DNA of 64,000 nucleotides from Macrostomum lignano (Eukaryota): NCBI GenBank assembly GCA_002269645.1, contig NIVC01000899.1, forward strand, positions 1 through 64,000, given 5' to 3'. Positions within the stretch are counted from its first letter, which is position 1; every line of letters starts with the position of its first letter. Both the position numbers and the translations under genes were made by a program. The notes below the pieces were generated by a model. The model ran no database searches and was not told the DNA's origin. It worked only from the letters and a program-made list of their open reading frames with translations. This document shows positions 47,165 to 60,444 of this stretch, in pieces.

Positions 47165-49214
47165 CGACCGCGAAGTTTAAGCCTGACTCTTCAGCGCTTA
47201 GCGACAGGGAAGCTGGGGTTCGGTACCTGAGGAGATGCCATTCTTCCAATGCGTTCTTAAAGTAGCCTTCCCCGGCCCTCCGATCCCGAAATTCCGAGGC
47301 AAAGCCGGGTGAATTTCCTTCTGTTTGCGGCAGACTGTAATAATACCAATAAAGCCTTTCTAACTTGATCCAAAGCTTCAGTTTTCGCTATAAAATTTGG
47401 CCTCGGAATTCCCGGATTTTCCAAGGCAACGCTCGCTTCAGTCCCGTACTTGACCTAGTGCGTACATTGGCCAGTTGAGCGTACAGTCAGCCCCTCCCCT
47501 TTCTGTCCACCCCTGTGCCTATGTACATTCTGTTCCAGTTAGTGTACGCGCTTATTTTAAACTTCTTAGAAAGTATGGTTTAGATTAAAATACCACTGAA
47601 TTCCGGCCTGTAATGAGTGGCCGAGAGAGAATATTTGGGCAAGTTTAAAGCAACTAAAGTAATTATCAGTAGTTATCTGCTCAAATGCAAAACTTTTAAT
47701 TCAACAGTTAAAGTAAACAAGTAACAAGTGTACTTTGCAAGCAGATTATGCCCTTTAATGAAAAGTTGTAGGTATTGTTAATGGCAGGAGCCAGTGTTTC
47801 GCGTTTGATTCTAAATACCTGTTGATCTGTACAAGATTAATGAGGATGAGAAAATCAAAATGGTCAGAAACTCATGATCAAAGAGCATCAGATCGAAGAC
47901 GGCTTTCTGTAGGTAATTACCAACTAAAAAAGTAAGCCTGCTCATATCCTAAACTACTCAGTAAATCAGTAGTACAGTAGTATATTCGTTAAAAACATTA
48001 AAAAATGTATTCAAAAGCGCATTTCAAGTTTCTCAGCTATGAAATGTTCTGACAGGCCCAGGTCACGAACTCTCTCTCTCTCTCGTAATTTTCCCAGTTC
48101 TGTCAAAAGCGTGCGTCATTCAGCTGGGATCCGCTGAGTTCGACTGGAGCATAGTGAGATAATGCCCGATCTAGACTGGCTGAATGCTCAGCAGCAGTCA
48201 ATTTGTTTCCTGCCGGCACTGCTAAGCTAGTGCGAACTCGCGCTCCGCATGGCAACACTGCTTCAAAGCGAATAGCGAGACTTAATAATCACCAGCGCCG
48301 GTCTCTCCGCTTTCAATTTCATCTCTCATCCCCCCCCCCAACCGACTCACAGCGCTCCGGGCCGCTTCATCACTGCCCGAGTTCGTATTGCAGTCAGTCA
48401 CGCGACACAGTTCGAGGGCTGGTCCAGTTTTTCACTCAATTAATCATTTTAATACACCTTTCCTTGCCGCTCCTCGGCCCCATTCTCTTTGGTGCGCATG
48501 GCTGGCCGCCTCCCGCGCCCGGCTTGAGCTGCCTAATTAACTACGGGGGCTCGCTTGATTGAAGAATTTTGGGCCGGGAAGCGGTGCAACTCCCGTGTGG
48601 CTGACTGACGGGCTGGAGCTACAGGACTGCATAGAATTGGATTCCTGTTGAACAGGTATGAGACAGGTGTGTGTGTGCGCGCTCTCTGTTGCTGTTGCTG
48701 CATCTGCTTGCTGAGGACTGTCGGTTGTCGCCCCGTGTCATCACCCAGCGTTTGCATTTAATTTACCCCCCATGCATGGGCTGAGGTCAAAAAAGACCTT
48801 TTTTATACGTGTACAGCTTTCCTTCCCAAAATCCAGGTACGCTCGTACAGTGTATATACGATTGTTTCATTTCGTCCGGGTAGTGGAAGGGACTGCAGGT
48901 ATAATTCAATTTGGTAAGATTGGGCGCAGTCAAGCGTGGAATTGTGAGAGCTGCATCTGCGAGCAAGTCAGCCTGGATACCCTGGATGAGACTGTCTAAT
49001 GTTAGACTATTTTTGGAACGAATAATTGTCAAGCATGCGAAAACCCGTACTGGTGTTTTGTGCCATTGTGTCTAGATTTTATGCTTGAGCTTAGCCAGAC
49101 TCAGCGGCTCGACAGGGATTAAAAGAGTGAGCATTGTCTTCAATGGCTGTCAGATCTGGGAGAACATATTTCAATTGCTGAGTCCTGCGACCTGAGTCAT
49201 TAATACGGCCTAGG

Positions 49215-49460
49215 GAGCACTAGTGAGCACTAGTGATTACTAGTGAGTACTAGTGACTACTACTGAGCACTAGGGAGTACTAGTGGGTACTAGTGAGTAC
49301 TTGGGAGTACTAGTGAGCACTAGTGACTACTAGTGAGTACTAGTGAGTACTCCTGAGTACTAGTGGGTACTAGTGAGTACTTGGGAGTACTAGTGATTAC
49401 TAATGAGTACTAGTGAGTACTTGGGAGTACTATTGAGTACTAGTGAGTACTTGAGAGTAC
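49215..49460. repeat. 10-bp minisatellite (GAGTACTAGT variants)
   Basis: Tandem units made of overlapping AGTACT/ACTAGT palindromes. Confidence 0.92.
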
Positions 49461-51756
49461 CAGGGCGGATTGTACCCTTAGCTGTGGATCAGTCCTGAGT
49501 CCTGTATCATCGATCCCCAGTCCCGAACCAGTAACTCTAATTCCTCCTTAATCGGGTCCTCTAATCCGAAACCATTAGTCTCGTCCTGAATACTTAGTTG
49601 TGGATTCTGAACCCTGATTTCTGGTCCCCTGAAGCCTGATAATCAGGCCCTGATTCTGAGTTGTGAAACCTGAAATTTAGATACGATCTGACTTCCATTT
49701 TTAGTATATTGGATCTGACTCCCAAACACGCACAATGCACCACAGATCAAATTACAAAACTGTACAACTCATAGCTTTTTCTAAACTAAATCATTCATAA
49801 CAATTGAGTCCTATGTATGCTGTAACTACTCCAAAGAGCTAAATATTCTAAAAAATCACAGTAAACCCAGGAGTCTGCGTCAACCTACATGTACTATGAA
49901 ATGAAAATCAGCCAGCCTAACTATTCTCAAACATCATGACGTCCTTTGAAATTCAAAAAAACCTAATAGTCGTAAGAAATGACATGAAGTTCGTATTGTT
50001 AAAAAGAAGGCGTCTTGAGCTTTGCAGGTGTTATTTTGCTGCTTTTCCTGTCAATCTATCGATGCGGAATACAAGAAAGCGGAATTCGTAGAAGATTAAA
50101 AATGAAATAAAAAACTAATATTATAATTCTCGTATATCTAGTTATCGTCAGGATAAAAAAGGGCTGGCTGCATAGATACGATAGTAAGCCCTTGAATATT
50201 CCCCAATGCCTCAAGCTGTTCGACGCGCGTCTCTACTTCTCTAATCGCCTCGTACTTGGGCGCTTCTCCAGTTAGTGGGAAAAATAATTAATTACTTAGA
50301 GAGAGAAAAATCAGCTGCTAATCAGACTCGCATCTCCCTCCCGAGGCACAGCTGTCAGGCGTTGCGGCTCACTCTCAGCGGTTGTTGCTCACGTGACCCC
50401 TCCGTCCCTCCGTGGATAGAAGGCTTGAGAATAAATTAAAGCGATATCTGGAGTCCCAAGCCTTCAGTGCTGAGGCTATACGAACCCTCGTGTCCCAATG
50501 CTGAGCACAGTTGATCTCAGCCGAGAATTTCTACTTATCCCACAATTTCATATCGCAGAATCTGCCGGCAATATTGTCTAATCCGCTGCGTGAGAACAGC
50601 TCAGTGCGACAGCAATCAAAGCAGTGGACCAAAGCGGAGCTATTAGTTCCTTAGTTGCGTGTCTCTGCGAGTTGAGGCTTGCAGGAAAATCCTCCCCCAC
50701 CTTCACCCATTTCTGCAACACGGAGCCCAAAAAGGCCTTTCCAGCAGACAGAGAGAGTTAAATTACAGATGAGCTGCGGGTCTTTGGACCGTTGGACGCG
50801 TGGATATTGAGCCGGCGAGTTGTCACGCAGCGCTCTGAAAAAGGGCGGATTTGAGCCGGTATCCGATCCCTACTCTGTGCTAGCCTCTCATTGATTTTCT
50901 TGGCCTCTCCTACTCGCTTCCACTCTCCCCTCCTCTGTCTTGTGTTTTTCAGCAGCTCTTCTACCCAGAACCCGGCGCTTTATTTGGATAATGAGAAAAC
51001 CGGGGGTCAGATCAAACTGGATTTCAGATTTCAGGGCCTCCCCGAGGTCCTTCCGCGGTCTTAAAAGCTTTCCTACTCTGCTTTGCCAGTATCGCGCATA
51101 GGGCTGGTCGGACCAGCGTGAGAAAAGCGAGGGCCTGGGCTGTCCTTCCTCCCATACAGCCAAGACAGGCGGAAAAGCCGTGTGAGAACCGCCATGGTCC
51201 GGTCCAGATGCGCTAATTAGCAATGAGCTGATATTGCTGGCTGCTACCTCAGCCCCGCCCGAGGGCGGCATTGGCCAACTCTCACTCACTCATGGAGTGC
51301 GTCAGATTGACAAGCCGGGTCCCGAATCCATTGCCATTCTGTCCCCAACCCCTTGCTGTCAGTCTCTCCTACTCTGCTGAGAAATTTCTCCCTATTCTCT
51401 TCTCGGCGATTCTCAGGTTGCCTGAGTTTCATTTGTATCTCCTCTGAGGCATCTACTTTTCCTATTTATTCCAGGACAGTGGGCCGGGATCGCCCACCCT
51501 ACCCCCGGGGCGGCCAATGGCAGCGGAGTTGGCGAGGACACGGGAATCGCGGCAGCGGCCATGGTGATATGGCGTATAAAAAAGCCTCAAACGGGAATGC
51601 ACTTGTCGCTGCAGATCTCCCCTCCAATTATCCCAGAATCCTTCCGCCGCATCTCCGTTTGTTGCTCCCCTGACGGCGCCGGAACTCCTGAAAGCAGATA
51701 TTTTGATAATAAGTTCACCTGGTTTCTAAGACACCGCCCTCCCGAACAGATCCGAC

Positions 51757-54700
51757 ATGGACCCCGATGGCAAGGAGGCCGAGGACGCCGTCGCCGAAGC
51801 GAAGGTGCCTCTGCGAGACGGCGAGGAAGCTACAGCGGAAGCAGCCAAGGTCGCTGGATTATTAAACACAGATGCTTCTGCACATATTCTGAACTAACTG
51901 CGAGCTTTCTTTATTCGCTCTTTCAGGCGTCAGGGCCGGTCACTGTTAGAGAGAAATGGAGCAGCAAGTTGGACTTCATTCTGAGCTGCATTGGACTCTG
52001 CATCGGATTGGGCAACGTGTGGCGCTTTCCCTACCTCTGCTATGAGAATGGCGGCGGTGAGCTTTTAGGGAGGGGTCTCAATGCCTAAGCACTTTTTGGG
52101 ATGCTGAGACAATAGAGAAAGAGCTGAGGCAGTAGAACTACTGTGCGTAGAACATCGGAGGAATTCGAATTTGACTTTGAATGCGAGCGGAGGGTCTCAT
52201 GGAGGTCAGGATAGGGCTGATCAGATGCGCCCCTCCTCTATGAGGATCTGGGAGTCCACGGTCTTTTACAATAGTCAGCACACAGTCTACTCTTTAAAAA
52301 CTGCAAATGTAGTCTTATTTGGTTTTTTAGTTAAAAAGTTAAAAATTTTGCGGTAATAAGGGTCAGTGATCCACCGGATACCTTTGACATTTGCCATAAG
52401 CAGTTTACACTTGCGAATGCCTATTTTTATTCTTCCAAACCATCTTCGGCCAAACCAGGCACCTTTCTGATCCCCTATCTGATCACGCTCTTCTTCGGCG
52501 GAATCCCCATGCTGATGCTGGAGCTGAGCCTCGGCCAGATGCTGAACGTTGGTGGCCTCGGAGTGTGGAAGTACTGCCCAATCTTCAAGGGTAAGAAAAA
52601 CCATCGGCAGGCCGCGGTGCGACCGTCGTTAAACATTGTTTTATTTGGCTGTCTGCTCTGCGCTCGCAGGCACAATCAGCCATGCAATCTTCCCCTGGCA
52701 ATGTTTGCTTACACACCACCGGTCTCTGCGGGGTCGGGGCGCCGGTCCAACTGAGATGAGGAATCTGTCATCTTCGCTTTCCTCCGCCTGCTAGCTTCTG
52801 GATGGGACAACTCGTGGAATGGGAAGGCAGGCATCCCGTCTGAGCCACAGTGGAAGCGACAGCTGGGTTGCAACAGAGCGATAGAGACGAGATGAAGGGA
52901 GCCTTGAGAGATTGTCTTTTTTCAGAAAAAGCCATTCGGCTTAATTAATTGTCTCTGACAGAGTGGAATGGCTTTCAAATTTCTCGTCTCCGACAGGAAA
53001 CACAATTGCGACAACTGCCGAAGAGGGTCAGGAGAGTTTTGCTTTTTCAATTTAATTTTTGCAGCCCCAGTCAGCCTCGGTTCCTTGAATCCTAGATTTC
53101 TATCCGATTTGGCAATAACAAAATTCATGACTTGCTGCCTGCGAATGCTTGCAAGGCCCCACTGTCGGTCCGTCCAGACGGAATCGACGCAAGCTAAAGG
53201 TCAATTCATGTAATCGGGCCTTTTCACGCAGCGCTCTTTGAACTTTGATTTCAGGTGTCGGCTTCTGCGCCAATATAATGGCTTTCTGGCTCAACGTGTA
53301 TTATATTGTCATTGTGGCCTACGCGCTTTATTATCTTGGCAACAGTTTCACCATGGGCGAATTGCCCTGGAAGAAGTGCAACGAAAGCTGGAATACGCAC
53401 TGCTGCATGTCCACTTTCGCCAACAATACGGGCTTCAACTGCACCATGGTCAACATCTCCTACTCCGCCACGAATTTCACCCGCGGTCTGCTGCCGACCA
53501 CCCTGATCCCATCCGGCTACAATGACAGCTGGGGCCCAATCTCCGTGATTGGGACAACCAGCGAGATGGAGCAGTGCCAGCTGTGCGGCAAGGACAGCTG
53601 GAACTCGCCGGTGGCCGAATTTTGGGAGTGAGTTGCTTTTTCAATCTGTTTTGTACTCGTATGATGCCTGTGCACTGTGGGCTACTCAGGCGGATGGAGG
53701 CATGGGCCCATGCCTGAACGGGTCCAGAAGTATTGAGCCATTTTATTAATTTCAACCTCTCCAGACGCCAAGCGCTGAGCATGTCCACCGACATTGGAGA
53801 GGCCGGAGGGCTGCGCTGGCAGCTGGTGCTGACGCTGGGCATCGCTTGGATCGTCTGCTACTTCTGCATCTTCAAGGGCGTTCAGTGGACCGGAAAGGTT
53901 GTTAATTTGGTTGAGCTTGCTAGTTGTGTGAGCGCTTTGCTGCGGGAAAAAAGGAAAATAGTTGAATGCTTTTCTGGAAGATATACTGGTTAATAGCTTT
54001 AGGATTGAGAATTTGAAATTCCTAATAATGACTTGGGCTGTGTAATCTTGTGGAACTCACGTCCAACAGCTGTCAGAATCCGCTTGGAACTGATTGCAGA
54101 TAGTGTACGTCACAGCTCTGTTCCCGTACATGCTGCTCATCATCCTGCTGTTCCGGGGCATCACACTGGACGGAGCGAGCATTGGCATCGAGTACTACCT
54201 GAAGCCGAACTTTACCAAAATTCAGGAGTCAAAGGTGGTCTTTAATTTTTAACCAATAATAATTCCAGCAATGTTAAATTTTAAGTCAGTTATGTCAACA
54301 ACAGTTAATCAAATCGAATGAAGCTGAACTTGAGTTTGCATTCCCACTCGCAGGTGTGGCTCCAGGCCGCCTCTCAGATATTCTTTTCCCTGGGCCTAGG
54401 CCTCGGCACGCACATAGCTCTTGGCAGTTACAACCCGCTAACCAACAACTGCTACAAGTGAGTGCCTGGCAATGCTCCGTTTTTCGTTGCATGCACCCAG
54501 GGTCTACCCTATTTGCTTATTCCGTCAATGCTTTTTATCAACTGCAACCACAAACTGTCTTCCGCAAAGGGATGATGAGTTGGCTCATTTGTCTCTGTGT
54601 CTCTCGTTCTCCTTTTTTGTATTTTTTTTCCATCAGGTGCTTTACACATGTAGCTTCAGGGTATAGTGTCAGGTAATCGCGTATTCTCTTTGAATATAGC

Positions 54701-57700
54701 CCCACTGTCCCGCTCTAACCCCCACCCTCGTCTCTCCGCGCGTGAAGCCACGGAGAGGCGTCATAACTCACGGAGCCTCAGCGCAAGGCAAAGGTTCTCT
54801 ATAGCTTAGACAGCTGAAGGGATTCAGTTCCCAGTTTATTCTGTTAGCTCCCGAGCCTCAGTGTCAACTAGCCATATCAGCTATGCCAGGTGTCTCATCC
54901 CGTCAGTAAGGGCTCACCGTTACTCGCTTCATTGCGCCCCAACCTGAGGCCTGGGGAAGAGTTCTCCGTTTCAGCACTGAAAAAGCCATAGGGAATTGTA
55001 AAAAAACGATTCCAAAAAAAATCCCTCTATCGCTCCACTGCAGAGATGCACTTTTGGTTGGCACCATCAACTCGTGTACCAGCATCTTTGCCGGTTTTGT
55101 CATCTTCTCAGTAATCGGATTCATGGCCAAAGCGCAGAAGAAGAGTGTTAGCCAGGTGGCCGCGTCAGGTGAGGCTTTTGACGAGGGTAAAAATGCAGAT
55201 TTTCAAACAGGAATTCAGCTCTAAAATAAAAGCCCAATGCAGCAAGGTGAGTAAATAAACTGCCAATAAGCTCTTCAAACCATTGAGCTTAAAAATAAAT
55301 GCAGTTGAGGAGATGGAATAGAAAATCGTAGGCGCTTCTCCAGGCGTAGAAGCTGCCGCCAGCTAGTCGGCTCTAGAATGCAGCACTTTTGCAATTATTC
55401 TTTTGTTCCAATTTCTCATAATCATATGCAGTTTTGTAGTGGAAATATAACAAAACAGATGTTCGCAGATGAGTAGCTTGTTTAAATTACTCGCTGGTGT
55501 TATGCCAAAAACTACTTAACTACAGTAGCATAGTGCGATGTTTCTACATAACTTTTAGGTGAATGCCTCAACGATCTCGCAATATGATACACTATCATTT
55601 ATTTGCATGGGAAATTCACTAAAACATGATCATCACTCTCCAATCACTCTCGAATCACTTTGCAATCACTTTGCAATTACTTTGCAATCACTCTGCAATA
55701 TCTCTGCAATTAATCCACAATCACTCTACAATCACTCCACAATCACTCTGCAATTACCCCAAAATCACTCTACAATCACTCCACAATCACTCTGCAATTA
55801 CTCCTCAATCACTCTGCAATTACGCCACAATCACTCTGAAATCACTCCACAATCACTCTGCAATCACTCCACAATCACTCTGCAATTACTCCTCAATCAC
55901 TCTGCAATCACTCTGCAATCACTCCACAATCACTCTGCAATTACTCCTCAATCACTCTGCAATTACGCCACAATCACTCTGAAATCACTCCACAATCACT
56001 CTGCAATTACTCCTCAATCACTCTGCAATTACGCCACAATCACTCTGAAATCACTCCACAATCACTCTGCAATCACTCCACAATCACTCTGCAATTACTC
56101 CTCAATCACTCTGCAATCACTCTGCAATCACTCCACAATCACTCTGCAATTACTCCTCAATCACTCTGCAATCACTCTGCAATTACGCCACAATCACTCT
56201 GCAATTACCACACAATCACTCTACAATCACTCCCCAATCACTCCGCAGGTCCGGGCCTGGCTTTCCTGGCGTATCCGTCCGCTATTTCTGAGCTGCCCGC
56301 AGCTCCGATCTGGGCTGTTCTGTTCTTTCTGATGGTCTTCTTTGTTGGCATTGACAGCCAGGCAAGTGACGGCCGTTATTTCAGGTGTTAATGTTTCTAG
56401 ATCAAGATCATTTAACAACGGCGCAATGCTAAACAAATTGTAGTTCTGCACCGTCGAAGGCTTCATCACGGCGGTGGCAGACGAGTGGCCACTGCTGCGT
56501 GTGCACAGAAAAAAGTTTGTGCTCGTCCTCTGTATGGTCTCCTTCGTTATCGGCCTGTCCATGGTCAGCACGGTGAGAAGAGCGTTAAATTTTCCACAAA
56601 GATGTTCAGAATTTTTAATCCTTTGAACTCTGAATCCCTCCATGACTTTTATGCAGTTACTTGAAGTAACTGATCCTTGAAAGGCCAGTTGACATTATTG
56701 CTAGTCGCTCAGCAGGTTAAGTATTGCTCAAATCAATCTTGAGCAATCTTGGACCCTCGGAGCTAATTAGAGGAAATTTGAACGGAATTCAGTGTCAATA
56801 CTCTACTCAACGTAGTTTGATGAGACTTGCAACCATCAGATCAGCCTCGAACTCCTCAACCGCTGCTGCCGCAGGGAGGCGCCTACGTGTTCAACATGTT
56901 CGACAGCTACGCGGCCAGCGGCCCGGCCCTTCTGCTGCTCATCGGATTCGAGTGTATCGCTTTTGCCTGGTTCTTCGGTAAATTGTTCTGCTATACTTTT
57001 ATCACTGCCCTCCGGACCTGTTGATATATAGACAACGCTTAATCATACGGGCCAACCCCCGAGGGCCCAAGAGGGCCGCCAACCCCCGGTACACAACCTG
57101 AAAATCAGATTTGAGCGCGTCTGTGTACTCAAGAGTTACAAGCCCCATTTACAATGTTTATATTAAGTTAAGTAATGTATAAACGACCTTTTCAGGTATT
57201 TTCCGCCTCCGTGAGAAGATGAAGATGGTGATTGGACATGCGCCGCCCATTATCTGGCAGATCTGTGTAACCGTCCTGTGCCCTCTGAGTTGCTTCGTGA
57301 GTGCAAGATTTGGTTCCTTACGTTTAAGTCGAATGATAGTACTTTCTAAAACTTGACCTTGCATTTGACCTTGAACTATACCTTCATGCAGGGCGTTTTG
57401 GCCTTTTCTGTGCTGGAGTTTAAGCCGCTGATCTATACGCGGTCCACGGCCCCACCTTACAAATACCCGGACTGGGCCCAAGCCCTGGGGGCCATGCTGG
57501 CCCTGTCGTCCGTGGTTGCCATACCCATCTACGCCATCTATTATGCCATTCGGACGCTCTGCTTCACCGACAATAAGCACAATCTGCCACTGTCTAAGGT
57601 GAGCTTGACTGAGCACACTCAGAGAGGTTGCATAAACTGGTAATTGCTCGGATTTCGTCCTTAAAAGTTTCATTAAGAAGGTTTAAATTGCAATTGGAGT

Positions 57701-58186
57701 CGTCCATAGTCCTTGTTACTAGATACTTGTCCGCTTGTGCTTTTTCTATTGGTTTTAAGTCGTAAAGTACTTCTCAAAGACACATCATGTTGAGCATTCT
57801 GTTTGGGTATGTATTTTTAATGTTCAAAAAATGATGCTTGTTGCTACCTACTAAGTGGCAAAATATTTATTTGTTACATCCGCATTTCGCTGCTGCATTG
57901 CAGCACTAAAAAAGTGTTTAAATTGCTTTGTTACAAGTCAAGTGTCAAGACAAAACAGAAACTCGTCTCAGTAATAAATTATTTCTATCTTGTAAGGTAG
58001 TTAAATCAGTAAACTATTTGAATTGCTTCTGTCCATGGTATTTGACTTCCTCCCCATTGACCTCACAACTCACTTGCATTTGGTCACACGCAGCGCATCA
58101 AGGACATGTTTCGCAAGGACATCCCTGAGATTGACGGGGCGCCGAACCCGCAACTGCAGATGAACCCTATGGCAGCCAGCCTGTGA
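51757..58186 (+). CDS. SLC6 sodium/chloride-dependent neurotransmitter transporter, GABA transporter (GAT)-like, about 656 aa
   Basis: Exons 51757-51849, 51927-52056, 52459-52590, 53255-53627, 53765-53897, 54100-54234, 54354-54457, 55044-55168, 56249-56361, 56444-56572, 56875-56977, 57196-57296, 57392-57598, 58094-58186 (1971 nt, open). [29 protein letters not shown] (Gly, not the monoamine-transporter Asp), GAT1-like [39 protein letters not shown]. One GC-AG intron. Confidence 0.93.
55630..56248. repeat. 11-bp-based minisatellite (AATCACTCTGC variants) running into an SLC6 splice acceptor
   Basis: Tandem units; the last unit (CAATCACTCCGCAG) supplies the AG at 56247-56248. Confidence 0.95.
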
Positions 58187-59264
58187 GCATCGGGGTCTAC
58201 TCATAACAGACGCAGCGCCTTCATTTCGAGGGCAGCTCGCCGACTTTGAACCGGAACTGAACCATTCGGATGAGATTAAATTGCTATTCGGAGACTTAAA
58301 AGACTTCTGAAAAAAATTTACGAACCACACTCATTGTGACGGCAATATATTCATTTTCAAACCTCATTTTGTTTCTTTTCCTATTAAACCTTATTTAACC
58401 CTTGACTCGCTGTTTGAGCAAAACCATCGGCAAGTCTTATCTGCCACCTGGCAATAACTAGCAGCTTTGAGTTCTGTAAATAGGTTTTAATTTTTTTACC
58501 TTTTCTGGACGCGATGTTTATTCACTATTTTAGCACGACCATTTTCATAGAGCACCACAATGAACTATAGATTTTCTATGTGATCCGCATTGTTTATCGG
58601 AATATTGGGACATCTTTGCCTCTGATCTTTTAAACTCTTCAGGCAAGGTTGTCCTCCTAAGTAGTAAAAGTTAGTATTTTTCAATACTTTAGCCTGTATT
58701 CGCTATCTCTCTTATTTATAAACTTTCCTCATTTTTATTTTCTGAATCGCTGCTTAGTTTTGCCTCGCGCACGATGCATATTTTGTCAGAACACTTTTAT
58801 AGTCATATACGGAAGAATTTATATTAGATAGCATTCGATTTTTTAAAAAGAATCGCTACATTTTAATCGTGAGTCTTGACTAGCACGCATATGCTTAAGC
58901 ATATCGCAGAGCAGATATTTTATTTAGCTAATCCTATCGTTATTAATAAACAGACGGCAGTTATCATACTATTATAGTGCTACAATAATTTAGCAGCCCC
59001 AGAGTCGTAAAACATCTCTAAGAAAATGTTCCTTCTGTTTTTTTTCCAGCAAGTGCCAACTACTAACTAAGTAGTATGATGCACTAGTTGATTTCACTTC
59101 CATGCACTAGATGTGAGAGTAAACAGTTTTTAGTGGCAAAAGCAAACAACAGCATGTTGTTTAAGATTATGCGTAGAGGGTCGTGAGAAAAAGCTAAACG
59201 TTTTGACTAATTTTATAATATTTACGACACAGTGTCTTCGAATGAACTACTGTACAAAAAAATT

Positions 59265-59565
59265 GCAAGAAGCTGTGGACACTTTGGCGCAACGCCTTCG
59301 GCAGTTCTGCCCATTCCGCTGGCTCCTGAGCATACAAGCGCGCCAATACTGTACTCAGGCACGCACTCATGCACACGCTCACACAGGGTGTACATCGGCC
59401 CTGACTGTCTAATCGTCAAGCATGTACACTCTCTGTGCCTTGCCTAGGAGATTGGTCCTGATGGATGTGAATCTAACGACAAATTCTGGCCAATTCCCAC
59501 GCAAGCCTTGAATGAATGCGTACAGAATCGATCCAGAGGTCCGAGTCAGATCGCTGAGCTACTGT
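59265..59565 (-). mobile_element. Diverged SINE related to family A
   Basis: Minus strand: A-box TAGCTCAGCG, B-box GGATCGATTC, core GGGCCGATGTACACCCTGTGTGAGCGTG..GGCGCGCTTGTATGCTCAGG. Confidence 0.7.
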
Positions 59566-59566
59566 T

Positions 59567-59818
59567 GTATTTCCTAAGTACACACGTTAACACTCGAATG
59601 ACTCACTGAAGCGGGGAGTATTTCCTAAGTACACACGTTAACACTCGAATGACTCACTGAAGCGGGGAGTATTTCCTAAGTACACACGTTAACACTCGAA
59701 TGACTCACTGAAGCGGGGAGTATTTCCTAAGTACAGACGTTAACACTCGAATGACTCACTGAAGCGCGGAGTATTTCCTAAGTACACGCGTTAACACTCG
59801 AATGACTCACTGAAGCGA
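59567..59818. repeat. 51-bp tandem repeat x5, each unit containing TGACTCA
   Basis: TGACTCA at 59599, 59650, 59701, 59752 and 59803. Confidence 0.97.
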
Positions 59819-60444
59819 GGAAAACTTGCCACCGATTCAGACAGATGTTTTCAGCTTTCACTATGTTGGAAAAAGCTTACAAGTTGACCGGAAAAAAAGC
59901 AATTGTTTTTCTTCGGAAAAAATACACGAGGTAACGCAATGCGAGCACATACTACTTAAGCCAACCCCAATAGGCCCTGGACACGCAAACAGACCGTGTT
60001 GGGGCCACGAGTTTCCAGGTCTCTCAGTGCGCATGGCCCGATCAGTCCGTTTTTCCCTGCCCTACCCGACAATGCCTGGCTCTATTATTTGGTGCTCTTT
60101 CTGTTTCTTGATAAACAATCAAGCTTGGCTGGAAGGCCCTCAAAACCAACTAAGAACTGGCTGTGTTGCCGTGTATCTTGGAGCTATTTTTGGCGAACAC
60201 GATCTCGTGAGAGAGATGCTGAGCGGAGAGAAAACGGAGTGAGGGCTGTTTGGGGTCATTCGGAGAGAATCTTAAGCACATGACTGTCTTCTTTCTCTCC
60301 TCTGTCTCAGCTGCTCAGCTGCTTTTCTCAACCATAATAGTGACCGATTGCGTAAAGAGTAGACAGTACCTGCAGGAGCAGAGAGGGCCCGAATGTTCTG
60401 TTTTGGACTTTTTAGCAGTAAAAAAACTGGAAAGACTGTCAGAG

